Positions 8,730 to 18,828 of a DNA stretch of 48,729 bases are shown one piece after another. Position 1 is the first letter of the stretch. Each line of letters begins with the position of its first letter. The DNA comes from Betaproteobacteria bacterium. GTDB taxonomy: Bacteria > Pseudomonadota > Gammaproteobacteria > Burkholderiales > Burkholderiaceae. The position numbers were made by a program, and so were the translations under genes. The notes under the pieces are model-generated. The model searched no databases. It had not been told where the DNA came from and saw only the letters and a program-made list of their open reading frames with translations. The stretch lies in NCBI GenBank assembly GCA_016867965.1, contig VGIH01000001.1, positions 1 to 48,729 on the forward strand. Direction: 5' to 3'.

Positions 8730-10145
8730 ATGACCAAAACTGTCGCAGACGTAATGAAATTAGTCAAAGAAAAGGAATGTACATTTGTGGATTTCCGCTT
8801 TGTGGATACCAAGGGAAAAGAGCAACACGTATCAGTTCCGATTTCAGCATTCAACGAAGATAAATTTGAGAGTGGTCATGCGTTCGATGGTTCATCGATT
8901 GCTGGATGGAAGGGGATTGAGGCGTCTGACATGTTGTTGATGCCAGATCCAACCGCAGCCTATGTCGATCCATTCTATGAAGAGCCAACCTTGGTTCTTA
9001 CCTGCGATGTGATTGAGCCATCCGATGGTAAGGGCTATGACCGCGATCCACGCTCGATTGCGAAGCGCGCTGAAGCGTATTTAAAGAGCTCTGGTTTGGG
9101 TGATGCGGCTTACTTTGGTCCAGAGCCTGAGTTCTTCGTATTTGATGGTGTGCAGTGGAATGTTGACATGCAGGGTTGCTCGGTGAAGATTCATTCCGAA
9201 GAAGCACCATGGTCATCTGGATTAGAGATTGAAGGCGGTAACACCGGCCACCGTCCCGGTAAGAAGGGTGGTTACTTCCCCGTCGCACCCGTTGACACCC
9301 TCCAAGATATGCGCTCGGAGATGTGTTTGATTCTGGAGTCCTTAGGAATTCCAGTGGAAGTGCATCATCATGAAGTTGCTGGTCAAGGTCAAAATGAGTT
9401 AGGTACCAAGTTCAGCACACTCGTGCAACGCGCGGATTGGACCATTTGGCAAAAGTATGTGGTACAGAACGTGGCGCACGCCTATGGTAAGACCGCAACC
9501 TTTATGCCAAAACCAGTCGTTGGTGATAACGGCTCAGGCATGCACGTGCATCAGTCAGTCTGGAAAAACGGTGAGAACCTTTTTGCAGGTAATGGCTACT
9601 CAGGATTATCAGAATTTGCGTTGTATTACATCGGCGGCATCATCAAACATGCGCGCGCACTCAATGCCATTACCAACCCAGGTACAAACTCGTATAAGCG
9701 TTTAGTGCCAGGCTTTGAGGCACCCGTGAAGTTGGCTTACTCAGCACGCAACCGCTCGGCATCGATTCGTATTCCATACGTTGCCAATCCAAAAGGTCGT
9801 CGTATTGAGACCCGCTTCCCTGATCCACTAGCGAATCCATACTTGGCATTCTCGGCCTTGTTGATGGCGGGCTTAGATGGCGTGCAGAACAAGATTCATC
9901 CGGGTGAGGCTGCTGATAAGAACCTCTATGATTTGCCACCGGAAGAGGATGCAAAGATCCCAACCGTATGCCATAGCTTGGATCAAGCCTTGGAGTGCTT
10001 GGACAAGGATCGCGAGTTCTTGACCCGCGGTGGCGTGTTCACAAATTCGATGCTTGATGCGTACATTGATCTGAAGATGGAAGAGGTAACCCGCTTCAGA
10101 ATGACCACGCATCCGATCGAGTTTGATATGTATTACTCGCTGTAA
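8730..10145 (+). CDS. glnA: Glutamine synthetase type I
   Basis: [28 protein letters not shown], adenylylation motif NLYDLP; GAGGAG SD. Confidence 0.98.
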   Translation: MTKTVADVMKLVKEKECTFVDFRFVDTKGKEQHVSVPISAFNEDKFESGHAFDGSSIAGWKGIEASDMLLMPDPTAAYVDPFYEEPTLVLTCDVIEPSDGKGYDRDPRSIAKRAEAYLKSSGLGDAAYFGPEPEFFVFDGVQWNVDMQGCSVKIHSEEAPWSSGLEIEGGNTGHRPGKKGGYFPVAPVDTLQDMRSEMCLILESLGIPVEVHHHEVAGQGQNELGTKFSTLVQRADWTIWQKYVVQNVAHAYGKTATFMPKPVVGDNGSGMHVHQSVWKNGENLFAGNGYSGLSEFALYYIGGIIKHARALNAITNPGTNSYKRLVPGFEAPVKLAYSARNRSASIRIPYVANPKGRRIETRFPDPLANPYLAFSALLMAGLDGVQNKIHPGEAADKNLYDLPPEEDAKIPTVCHSLDQALECLDKDREFLTRGGVFTNSMLDAYIDLKMEEVTRFRMTTHPIEFDMYYSL

Positions 10146-10168
10146 GTATTTGATTGGTTGCGCGCGCC

Positions 10169-11305
10169 ATGTTGCGTAATCCATTCATTGAAGGGGCGGT
10201 TGCTGGTGCGCCAGTGGCTGCCCCGTTTGTTTCTAGCATGCTCGACCAGATGCCAAACTCGGTATTGGTTTTTGTGGGGGCTACCAAAGACTTGGTCTAC
10301 GCCAATGCTGCTGCCGAAGCATCGCTCGATTTATCTCGAAAGAGCTTACAAGGCTTAACCTTGTATGACCTCTTTGGTGAGAACCAATCCCTAAATCACA
10401 TGATCGATGAGGTATTTGCCGGTCGTGCTGCAGCTCAGCGCCAAGAGTTGGTGCTGTACTCGGTTCCCGGAAAAATCTATCGTGAGCCTCTTGCGGTGCA
10501 TGTCGTGATTGCGATGTTGGAAGACCCAACTCTCATGATGATGGAGTGGTTTCCGATTGACCAACAACTGCGTAGCGAGCGCGATGAGCGCGTCTCGCAT
10601 CAGGTGGAAGCGAACAAACAACTCATGCGTAATTTAGCGCATGAGATTAAAAATCCCCTAGGTGGTATTCGGGGGGCAGCGCAACTGCTCGAGTTTGAGT
10701 TACCTGAGAAGGGCCTGCGAGAGTACACCCAGGTCATTATTAAAGAATCCGATCGCCTGCAAACACTGGTTGATCGCTTGCTTGCGCCACATCGTAAAGC
10801 GCATGCGATGGAGCCACTGAATATTCATGAGGTCTTGGAACGCATTCGCAGTCTTGTGTTAGCGGAGTTTCCCCAGGGTTTAAAGATCATTCGTAATTAC
10901 GACACCAGCTTGCCGGATATTTTGGGTGATCAAGAACAATTGATTCAAGCGGTTCTAAACATTGTCCACAATGCTGCTCAAGCCTTGTCCGATGAGATTC
11001 GGCGAGGTACTGCTCAAATTGAACTGCGTACCCGGGTGGTACGCTCAGTCACGATTGCAAAGCAACGCCATCGATTGGCATTGGATCTGCATGTGATTGA
11101 TAACGGCCCTGGTATTCCCGATGAGATTCGGGAGCGTATCTTTTTTCCCTTGGTCTCGGGACGCGAGGGTGGTAGTGGTCTTGGTTTAACCCTTGCGCAA
11201 ACCTTTGTACAGCAGCACCAGGGCTTTATTGCCTGCGAGAGTCGTCCAGGCTATACAGATTTTCATATACAGATTCCTTATCGGAAGCAGGAGATAGCGG
11301 CATGA
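10169..11305 (+). CDS. glnL: Nitrogen regulation sensor kinase NtrB
   Basis: PAS domain, LAHEIKNPLGGIRGAAQLL H-box, DNGPGIP, GSGLGL; alternative TTG start 10154. Confidence 0.95.
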   Translation: MLRNPFIEGAVAGAPVAAPFVSSMLDQMPNSVLVFVGATKDLVYANAAAEASLDLSRKSLQGLTLYDLFGENQSLNHMIDEVFAGRAAAQRQELVLYSVPGKIYREPLAVHVVIAMLEDPTLMMMEWFPIDQQLRSERDERVSHQVEANKQLMRNLAHEIKNPLGGIRGAAQLLEFELPEKGLREYTQVIIKESDRLQTLVDRLLAPHRKAHAMEPLNIHEVLERIRSLVLAEFPQGLKIIRNYDTSLPDILGDQEQLIQAVLNIVHNAAQALSDEIRRGTAQIELRTRVVRSVTIAKQRHRLALDLHVIDNGPGIPDEIRERIFFPLVSGREGGSGLGLTLAQTFVQQHQGFIACESRPGYTDFHIQIPYRKQEIAA

Positions 11306-12765
11306 ACAAACCAATCTGGATCGTTGATGACGATCAATCCATTCGTTGGGTTCTCGAGAAGGCCTTAAGTCGCGAGAAAATTCCGCATCGCAGCTTCAGT
11401 AATCCCAATGATGTACTCAATGCTCTAGAAAAAGAATCCCCTGAGGTATTGATCTCCGATATTCGTATGCCACGTGGTAATGGGATCGACCTATTGCAGC
11501 ATGTCAAAGCCAGTCATCCAGACTTACCCGTCATTATCATGACCGCCTATTCTGATTTAGAGTCAGCGGTTTCATCGTTTCAGAGTGGGGCGTTTGAGTA
11601 CCTCACTAAGCCCTTTGATATCGATAAGGCCGTGGAGTTGATTCATCGGGCGGTAAGTGAAGGCAAGCGCTCACCTGGTCCCAATAAAGAATCCAATGCC
11701 TGGCTTCAAGAGGCTCCAGAGATTATTGGTCAAGCGCCGGCTATGCAAGAAGTCTTTCGTGCCATCGGACGTTTATCGCAGTCCCAAGTCACGGTCCTAA
11801 TTACGGGTGAGTCTGGAACGGGTAAAGAGTTGGTAGCGCATGCATTGCATAAACACAGCCCGCGAGCCAAGGGACCCTTTATTGCTTTGAACACTGCTGC
11901 TATTCCGAAAGACCTACTTGAGTCGGAGTTGTTTGGTCATGAGCGGGGAGCGTTTACGGGTGCGCAAGCCCTACGTCGAGGACGCTTTGAGCAAGCCGAA
12001 GGCGGTACGCTCTTCTTAGATGAGATTGGTGATATGCCATTTGATTTGCAAACCCGGCTCTTAAGGGTGTTGTCCGATGGTCACTACTACCGAGTGGGCG
12101 GTCATGATCCAATTCGGGCTAACGTGCGCATCATCGCAGCAACTCATCAGAACTTAGAGGCACGGGTGGCGCAAGGTTTGTTCCGGGAAGACCTATTGCA
12201 TCGTTTGAATGTGATTCGGATCCGTTTGCCAGCATTACGCGAGCGCTCGGAGGATATACCTGCACTTGCGCGTCACTTTATGATCTCCAGTGCAAAATCC
12301 TTGGGGGTCGAAGCGAAGCGCTTGTCAGATGATGCCATTAAAGCGATTAGCCAAATGGCATTTCCAGGAAACGTGCGCCAACTCGAGAACCTGTGCCATT
12401 GGATGACCGTGATGTCACCCTCAACCATTGTTGGGGTACATGATCTGCCTGAGGATTTGCTGCTATCGGCCAATCCACCCGCTGCAAGTGCAAGTTCACC
12501 GGTAGCCACTTCAACCCCGAGTCTAGAAGCAAGTATTGGTCAGCGGGGCGGAGATTGGGAAAACACCTTGCATCGTTTGGCGGTCAAGATGCTGCAAGAG
12601 AACCAGGACGAGGTATTTGATTCTCTATTATCGAAGTTTGAGCGTTCGGTCTTAAGTGCGGCACTTGAGGTCACGCGGGGTCGTAAGGTCGAGGCAGCAA
12701 CGCGTTTGGGGATCGGGCGCAATACGATAACGCGTAAACTGCAAGAGCTACAGATCGAGGTGTAA
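11302..12765 (+). CDS. glnG: Nitrogen regulation response regulator NtrC
   Basis: Receiver ([17 protein letters not shown]), AAA+ [14 protein letters not shown], Fis-type [14 protein letters not shown]; ATGA overlap with ntrB. Confidence 0.97.
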   Translation: MNKPIWIVDDDQSIRWVLEKALSREKIPHRSFSNPNDVLNALEKESPEVLISDIRMPRGNGIDLLQHVKASHPDLPVIIMTAYSDLESAVSSFQSGAFEYLTKPFDIDKAVELIHRAVSEGKRSPGPNKESNAWLQEAPEIIGQAPAMQEVFRAIGRLSQSQVTVLITGESGTGKELVAHALHKHSPRAKGPFIALNTAAIPKDLLESELFGHERGAFTGAQALRRGRFEQAEGGTLFLDEIGDMPFDLQTRLLRVLSDGHYYRVGGHDPIRANVRIIAATHQNLEARVAQGLFREDLLHRLNVIRIRLPALRERSEDIPALARHFMISSAKSLGVEAKRLSDDAIKAISQMAFPGNVRQLENLCHWMTVMSPSTIVGVHDLPEDLLLSANPPAASASSPVATSTPSLEASIGQRGGDWENTLHRLAVKMLQENQDEVFDSLLSKFERSVLSAALEVTRGRKVEAATRLGIGRNTITRKLQELQIEV

Positions 12766-12800
12766 GTATCCTGACCGGGTATGGCAATTACAATCTTGTC

Positions 12801-13652
12801 ATGCCCGCTCAAAAATCAATCCGGATAGCAGCTTGGAATGTTAATTCCATCAAGGTGCGTCTACAGCACGTTATTCAGTGGCTAGATAGTCAGGCAAAAG
12901 CACAAAGTCCAATCGACGCTTTGTGCCTTCAAGAGCTTAAGCTCACTGACGATAAATATCCCCATCACGAGTTGGAGCAAGCCGGCTACTTAAGTCTTAC
13001 CAATGGTCAAAAAACCTATAACGGGGTATCCATCATTTTGCGTAAGAGTGCCTTGACCTCTTTAGCATGTGACCCAGAAACTGCATTCTTACAAGTCAAT
13101 AAGAACATCCCCAACTTTGCCGATGAGCAACAACGCATCCTTGCTGCAACCGTTTGTTTTAAAGAGATGCCACCGATGCGCTTAATCTCGGCTTATTTTC
13201 CAAATGGTCAAGATCCCGCTAGTGATAAGTTTGTTTATAAACTTAATTGGCTTCATGCTCTCAGAACATGGCTCGCCACCGAGCTGAAAACCTATCCACG
13301 TCTAGCACTCTTGGGAGACTTTAATATCGCCCCCGAAGATCAGGATGTGCATGACCCCAAGGCCTGGGAAGGGCAAAATCTAGTATCACCCCAAGAGCGT
13401 GAGCAATTCCAGAAAATCATTCAATTGGGACTGCATGACTCTTTCAGACTCTTTGAACAAGCACCCAAGACCTATAGCTGGTGGGACTATCGCATGATGG
13501 GGTTTAGGCGCAATGCGGGTCTTCGCATAGATCACGTATTACTCAGCAAAGAACTCAAAGAGAAGTGTATAGCCAGCACTATCGATAAGACCCCCCGAGG
13601 CTGGGAGCAACCATCGGATCATGCGCCGGTAATCGCACAGATTGCCTATTGA
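12801..13652 (+). CDS. xth: Exodeoxyribonuclease III
   Basis: WNVNSI, LQELK, YNGV, GDFNIAP, WWDYR, GLRIDH, PSDHAP; TACAAT 6 nt before ATG. Confidence 0.95.
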   Translation: MPAQKSIRIAAWNVNSIKVRLQHVIQWLDSQAKAQSPIDALCLQELKLTDDKYPHHELEQAGYLSLTNGQKTYNGVSIILRKSALTSLACDPETAFLQVNKNIPNFADEQQRILAATVCFKEMPPMRLISAYFPNGQDPASDKFVYKLNWLHALRTWLATELKTYPRLALLGDFNIAPEDQDVHDPKAWEGQNLVSPQEREQFQKIIQLGLHDSFRLFEQAPKTYSWWDYRMMGFRRNAGLRIDHVLLSKELKEKCIASTIDKTPRGWEQPSDHAPVIAQIAY

Positions 13653-13663
13653 ACAGTAGCCTC

Positions 13664-14374
13664 ATGAGATTAATAGTCTTTGCTATTTTGTCTCTTACAA
13701 GTTTGCATCAACATGCAAGCTGTACTGATCAGCTTATTGATAATGTGAAGTATTCAAATGAATTTACAGTTCCATACATATTAACTAATCAAAATCAATC
13801 ACCCCAGTACGTTTTAATCTTAATGCCCGGAGGAGCTGGTACTCTCAATCCGCACATCAATAATGAGGGTAAGTTGCAATTTGACTTCGCTGGCAACTTC
13901 CTGATTCGTTCCAGGAACCAGTTTTGTGATTCGCAATTTGCAACAGCCTCAACTAATTCAACAGAGAGCCCAGAGAGGATGGGTGCCTTAATTAATGATT
14001 TAGGGACACGCTTCCCAAATGCCAAAATCTGTATGGTGGGAACCAGTCGGAGTACCTACTCCACAATGGGATTGGCAGAAAAGTTTGACGGTAAGATCAA
14101 TTGCATCATTCATACAGCATCCATGAACCAAATTGCCCGCTTTGATACTCGCAAGTTCAAGAGTAGACACCTAATGGTTCATCATAAAAATGATCCATGC
14201 CATTTGACCACCTATGCCAGTACCCAATCTAATCATGAGCGGTATAAAACACCTTTGATTACCATGGAAGGTGGAAGCTCAACGGGTGATGCGTGTCAAG
14301 CATTTTCTTATCATGGCTTTCATGACATTGAGCAGCAAACCATTGATCAAATAAAGGCTTGGATTAAGCAGTAG
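13664..14374 (+). CDS. Exported alpha/beta-hydrolase-fold protein
   Basis: LILMPGGAG, GNFLIRSR, VGTSRS elbow, HHKNDPC, YHGF; signal-like N-terminus; ORF track starts at TTG 13649. Confidence 0.7.
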   Translation: MRLIVFAILSLTSLHQHASCTDQLIDNVKYSNEFTVPYILTNQNQSPQYVLILMPGGAGTLNPHINNEGKLQFDFAGNFLIRSRNQFCDSQFATASTNSTESPERMGALINDLGTRFPNAKICMVGTSRSTYSTMGLAEKFDGKINCIIHTASMNQIARFDTRKFKSRHLMVHHKNDPCHLTTYASTQSNHERYKTPLITMEGGSSTGDACQAFSYHGFHDIEQQTIDQIKAWIKQ

Positions 14375-16501
14375 CTAGGCCTGCGCCACCAAGCCGCCAT
14401 GACGCAATAGCGCATCAATTTGTGGAGGACGACCCCGAAATGCCGCAAATGACTCAGCGGCAGGGCGACTACCACCCACCTCTAAAATCTCTTGGCGATA
14501 ACGAATACCAGTCTCTGGATCCAAGACCGTACCCTTAACCTTGGCCGCCTCCTCAAATGCTGAGTAGACATCTGCCGATAGAACCTCAGCCCATTTATAG
14601 CTGTAATAGCCAGCGGCATAACCACCCGCAAAGATATGGCTAAAGGTATTGGGCCAGCGCGAGATTGATGCTTGGGGAATCACGTGATATTCGTTATTAA
14701 TCGATCGAGCAAGGTCTAAGACAGCTTGGCCCTGGGCAGAGTTGGCATCAAAGCGGGAATGCAAACGCCAATCGGTTAAGGAGAACACCAGTTGACGCAT
14801 GGTGGTTAAACCATTTTGGAAGTTCTTGGCAGCAAGCATTTTGTCAAACAGGGATCGAGGTAATGGTTCACCGGTATCAACATGAGCGGTCATGCCTTGC
14901 AGTACTTCCCATTCCCAGCAGAAGTTCTCCATAAACTGGCTAGGTAATTCAACGGCATCCCATTCAACACCATTGATGCCAGAGACTCCCAGCGCATTAA
15001 CTTGCGTGAGGAGGTGGTGAAGACCATGACCGCTCTCATGAAAGAGGGTAATGACATCATCATGGGTAATGGTGGGCGGTTTCATCTGGCCATTGACCTC
15101 AACCGGTGCAGCAAAGTTACAAACTAGGTAGGCGACCGGGGCTTGCACTTCACCATTACTGAACACACGACGGCCGCGCGCATCATCCATCCATGCGCCA
15201 CCTCGTTTACCTGGACGCGCATAGGGATCCAGATAAAAATAAGCAATGGTTTGCTGCTGGTTATTTTGGATCTCAAATGACTGAACGCTGGGATGCCATG
15301 TTGGTAATGATGCAGAGCGAATACTGACCGAGAATAGAGTTTGGATTACCTTAAATAATCCTTCCAAAACCTTTGGCAGAGGAAAGTACTGTTTGAGTTC
15401 ATTCTCAGAGAACGCATACCGCGCTTGCTTGAGCCTCTCGGATACAAAGGGCATATCCCATGGCTCAATTTCTTGAAGGCCTAAGGACTTCCTTCCAAAT
15501 TCTTGCAGCTCTAACCAATCCTTTTGTGCAAATGGTTTGGCTCGTTGAGCAAAATCACTTAAGAAGGTATCGACCTCAGCCACATCGCGCGCCATCTTGG
15601 GGGCTAAGCTGAGCGCTGCATAGTTTGCAAAACCGAGCATCCGAGCTTCTTCATTGCGCAGACGCAATTGATCGATCATGTTTTGGGTGTTATCCCATTC
15701 CAGTTGACCACGACCATATTGCACAGCTAACTCAGAGGCACGGGTTACATAGGCCTCATACAAGAGACTCCGTAGTGAGCGATTCTCAGCATATTGCTGT
15801 ACTGGGTAATAGGATGGAAAATGCAGAGTAAACGCCCAACCTTCCAAATTCTTTTGTTTGGCAGTATCAGCCGCTGCCGCGATGACATCCTCAGGCAGCC
15901 CAGCTAGATCGTCGATTGAGGTCACCACATGCACAAATGCATCGGTGGCATCAAGCACGTGATCAGAGAATGCTTTGGCCAAAATCGCTTGTTCATCCTG
16001 GATCTGGGCAAAGCGGGGCTTATCAGCATCGGGTAGCTCTGCGCCTCCTAAACGAAAGTCGCGCAGGGAGTTCTCAATCACTTTCTTTTGATCAATGCTG
16101 AGTGCTTCAAATGCCAAACTGTCTCTTAACTCTTTATAGCGCTGGTAGAGAGCTAGGTTTTGCCCAAGACTGGCAAAGAAGGCGGTGACCTTAGGTAGCA
16201 TCGCACCATAGGCTGCACGAAGTTCTGGGGTATCAGCGACTGCATTGAGGTGCGATACCACGCCCCAAGAACGATCCAATTGCTCGGTTGCATCTTCAAG
16301 GGGCTCTACTAAATCTAGCCAGGTCGCTGGTGTTTTAGCATCTACCGCCTGAGTGACCGCGGTCTCGCAAACACCTAGTAAGTGCTCAATGGCTGGAGCA
16401 ATCTGCTCTGGGCGCACGGCAACGTATTGGGCAATGCCCCGACCAAATGATAAAAGGGGATTATGGGAATCGAGGGAGGGGGGATTGATTGGAGCATTCA
16501 T
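14375..16501 (-). CDS. prlC: Oligopeptidase A (M3 metallopeptidase)
   Basis: FHESGHGLH (HExxH), WDAVELPSQFMENFCW, HIFAGGYAAGYYSYKWAE. Confidence 0.95.
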   Translation of the reverse strand: MNAPINPPSLDSHNPLLSFGRGIAQYVAVRPEQIAPAIEHLLGVCETAVTQAVDAKTPATWLDLVEPLEDATEQLDRSWGVVSHLNAVADTPELRAAYGAMLPKVTAFFASLGQNLALYQRYKELRDSLAFEALSIDQKKVIENSLRDFRLGGAELPDADKPRFAQIQDEQAILAKAFSDHVLDATDAFVHVVTSIDDLAGLPEDVIAAAADTAKQKNLEGWAFTLHFPSYYPVQQYAENRSLRSLLYEAYVTRASELAVQYGRGQLEWDNTQNMIDQLRLRNEEARMLGFANYAALSLAPKMARDVAEVDTFLSDFAQRAKPFAQKDWLELQEFGRKSLGLQEIEPWDMPFVSERLKQARYAFSENELKQYFPLPKVLEGLFKVIQTLFSVSIRSASLPTWHPSVQSFEIQNNQQQTIAYFYLDPYARPGKRGGAWMDDARGRRVFSNGEVQAPVAYLVCNFAAPVEVNGQMKPPTITHDDVITLFHESGHGLHHLLTQVNALGVSGINGVEWDAVELPSQFMENFCWEWEVLQGMTAHVDTGEPLPRSLFDKMLAAKNFQNGLTTMRQLVFSLTDWRLHSRFDANSAQGQAVLDLARSINNEYHVIPQASISRWPNTFSHIFAGGYAAGYYSYKWAEVLSADVYSAFEEAAKVKGTVLDPETGIRYRQEILEVGGSRPAAESFAAFRGRPPQIDALLRHGGLVAQA

Positions 16502-16569
16502 AGGGATAGCTTACCCGATTCCATCCATTTTTTCTCACTACAAAATTGGACACACTTTGTTGTTATCGT

Positions 16570-16599
16570 TTGCAAACTATATCACTTAGTGATATAGTT
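16570..16599 (+). promoter_or_regulatory. Sigma70 promoter with perfect palindromic operator of the TA operon
   Basis: TTGCAA(16570-75)-N17-TATAGT(16593-98); AACTATATCACT-T-AGTGATATAGTT (16575-16599), 12-bp perfect arms. Confidence 0.85.
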
Positions 16600-16603
16600 A
16601 CGC

Positions 16604-16984
16604 ATGACCAGAAAACGCATCTTAAAAATTAAAACATTTAACAAATCACTTGCCAAGTTAGAACTATCGGATAAGGATTTATTGATAGCAGCAAATCAAA
16701 TTGAGGCCGGATTGTATGAAGCAAATCTTGGGGGAAATTTATATAAAAAAAGAATTGCGATTCGAAATCGAGGGAAAAGTCACGGAGTAAGAACAATATT
16801 TGCAACAAAGCTTTCTAAAAATATTTTCTTCTTGTTTAGTTTTAGAAAAAATGAAAAGGTTAATATTGACAATACAGAATTATTAAATCTTCTAAAAATT
16901 TCAGAATTTCTTTTAAATTTATCAAATGATGAAATTAGAAGTTTGTTAGAAAAAAATTACTTATTTGAGGTGAATGATGACTAA
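16604..16984 (+). CDS. higB: Type II TA toxin, RelE/ParE superfamily (HigB2-like)
   Basis: ANLGGNLYKKRIA..RGKSHGVRTI..F.F.KNEKVNI; toxin-first order; very AT-rich. Confidence 0.85.
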   Translation: MTRKRILKIKTFNKSLAKLELSDKDLLIAANQIEAGLYEANLGGNLYKKRIAIRNRGKSHGVRTIFATKLSKNIFFLFSFRKNEKVNIDNTELLNLLKISEFLLNLSNDEIRSLLEKNYLFEVNDD

Positions 16985-17297
16985 ATTAAAACCAAAGAGT
17001 CGTATTGTTGATGAGATGCAAGAAACCTTTTCTGATCTAAAAAGAGCAGGAGTTATTAGTAAAAAACAAATTTCTGAATTTGAGGCATTAAAAAATTTAG
17101 AGGTGAAATCATTGCAGCCAAATGCAATTAAGCAATTAAGAACAAGAGAAAAGCTCAGTCAGGCTGTTTTTGCTCTAGTTCTTAATACGAGTGCATCAAC
17201 AATACAAAAGTGGGAATCGGGAGAAAAGAAACCCAGTGGACCCTCCTTAAAACTTTTATCAATTTTAAAAAATAAGGGTTTAGAGGTGTTAATTTAG
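16977..17297 (+). CDS. higA: XRE-family HTH antitoxin (HigA2-like)
   Basis: IKQLRTREKLSQAVFALVLNTSASTIQKWESGEKKPSGPSLKLL; GAGGTG SD at 16967-72; overlaps toxin stop; alternative ATG 16974. Confidence 0.87.
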   Translation: MTKLKPKSRIVDEMQETFSDLKRAGVISKKQISEFEALKNLEVKSLQPNAIKQLRTREKLSQAVFALVLNTSASTIQKWESGEKKPSGPSLKLLSILKNKGLEVLI

Positions 17298-17307
17298 AAA
17301 AAGTTTA

Positions 17308-18177
17308 CTAGCCAAGCTTACTCACTGGCTTCATGCTGCGCTCAACCGCTTCAAGGGTGTTCATGAGGAGCATGGTGATGGTCATGGGGCCCACGCCACC
17401 TGGAACAGGAGTAATCCATCCCGCGACATACTTGGCTGTATCAAAGTCGACATCGCCACAGAGTTTGCCATCGGGCAAGCGATTAATGCCGACATCGATC
17501 ACCACAGAGCCGGACTTAATCATATTGCCCGTAATCATTTTGGGCTTACCGGTTGCCACGACCAGGATATCGGCCTCTTTGGTATGAACGCTGAGATCTT
17601 TGGTCTTGCTATTGCAAATCGTTACTGTGGCACCCGCTTGAAGTAGAAGCATCGCCATGGGCTTACCCACAATATTGGATGCCCCAATGACAACGGCACG
17701 AGCGCCGCGTAAGGGGTACTCAATGCTCTCAAGCATCTTCATGCAGCCATAGGGTGTGCAGGGTTTAAAGAGTGGGGCACCAACCATGAGCGCTCCGGCA
17801 TTGGCGACATGAAAGCCATCCACATCTTTCTCAGAAGCAATGGCTTCTAAGACGCGGTCCGCAGCGATATGCTTCGGTAAAGGTAATTGCACCAGGATTC
17901 CATGAATACTGGGATCGGCATTGAGGGTTGCAATTCGGGCTAGGAGTTGGGCTTCATCAAGCTCAGCGGGGTAGCGCTCCAACACCGAATGAAATCCCAC
18001 GTCTTCACAGGCTTTCACTTTATTGCGGACATACACTTGGCTCGCAGGGTCATCTCCCACCACAATGACTGCTAATCCTGGACGCACCCCTTTGGCGGTC
18101 AGAATAGCTGAACGAGTTGCAATCTCAGCCCGAAGCTTTTTGGAGAGAAGATTGCCGTCGATCAGTTGGGCTGGCAT
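17308..18177 (-). CDS. folD: Methylenetetrahydrofolate dehydrogenase/cyclohydrolase
   Basis: [36 protein letters not shown]. Confidence 0.97.
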   Translation of the reverse strand: MPAQLIDGNLLSKKLRAEIATRSAILTAKGVRPGLAVIVVGDDPASQVYVRNKVKACEDVGFHSVLERYPAELDEAQLLARIATLNADPSIHGILVQLPLPKHIAADRVLEAIASEKDVDGFHVANAGALMVGAPLFKPCTPYGCMKMLESIEYPLRGARAVVIGASNIVGKPMAMLLLQAGATVTICNSKTKDLSVHTKEADILVVATGKPKMITGNMIKSGSVVIDVGINRLPDGKLCGDVDFDTAKYVAGWITPVPGGVGPMTITMLLMNTLEAVERSMKPVSKLG

Positions 18178-18195
18178 CGCTTTTTAACCGAAATA

Positions 18196-18828
18196 TTACG
18201 AGAGTGCCAGACGCAAAAGATCAGCAACGGTATTGACGTTGAGCTTCTCCATGATGTTGGCACGGTGTGCTTCAACGGTTTTAATGGAGATGCTGAGATC
18301 GTCAGCAATTTGCTTATTGAGACGACCTGCCACAATGCGCTCTAATACCTGACGCTCACGACCAGTCAGTTTGCTCAATAGACTTTGAGTGTTCTTGCGT
18401 TGATCGGCTTGTGCAAAATCAACGCGGGCCTTGGTCAGCATCCGCTCAACAAGGGCGCACAACTCATTTTCTTTAAAGGGCTTCTCAATGAAGTCAACCG
18501 CACCACGCTTCATGGTCGACACTGCCATTGACACATCCCCGTGACCAGTAATGAAAGAGATGGGCATTGGTAAGTTCTCGCTGATAAGACGCTCTTGAAG
18601 CTCCAAACCCGACATACCGGGCATACGCACATCCAAGATTAAGCATGAGATGGTTGATTTATCGGTATTTTGGAGGGACTGTAAGAAGCGCTCCGCACTG
18701 GCATGGCAACGGACGGTATAGCCATTGCTCTCGAGTAACCAGGTGAGCGAGTCACGCACTGCCTCATCATCATCAACCACATAAACCACTTCAGCCTGGG
18801 TTGTTTTCGGTGGATTGCTCATGTTCAT
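18196..18828 (-). CDS. FixJ/NarL-type response regulator (FixJ/AccR/BphQ-like)
   Basis: VDDDEAVRDSL, LDVRMPGMSG, DFIEKPF, LuxR HTH NKQIADDLSISIKTVEAHRANIMEKL. Confidence 0.92.
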   Translation of the reverse strand: MNMSNPPKTTQAEVVYVVDDDEAVRDSLTWLLESNGYTVRCHASAERFLQSLQNTDKSTISCLILDVRMPGMSGLELQERLISENLPMPISFITGHGDVSMAVSTMKRGAVDFIEKPFKENELCALVERMLTKARVDFAQADQRKNTQSLLSKLTGRERQVLERIVAGRLNKQIADDLSISIKTVEAHRANIMEKLNVNTVADLLRLALS

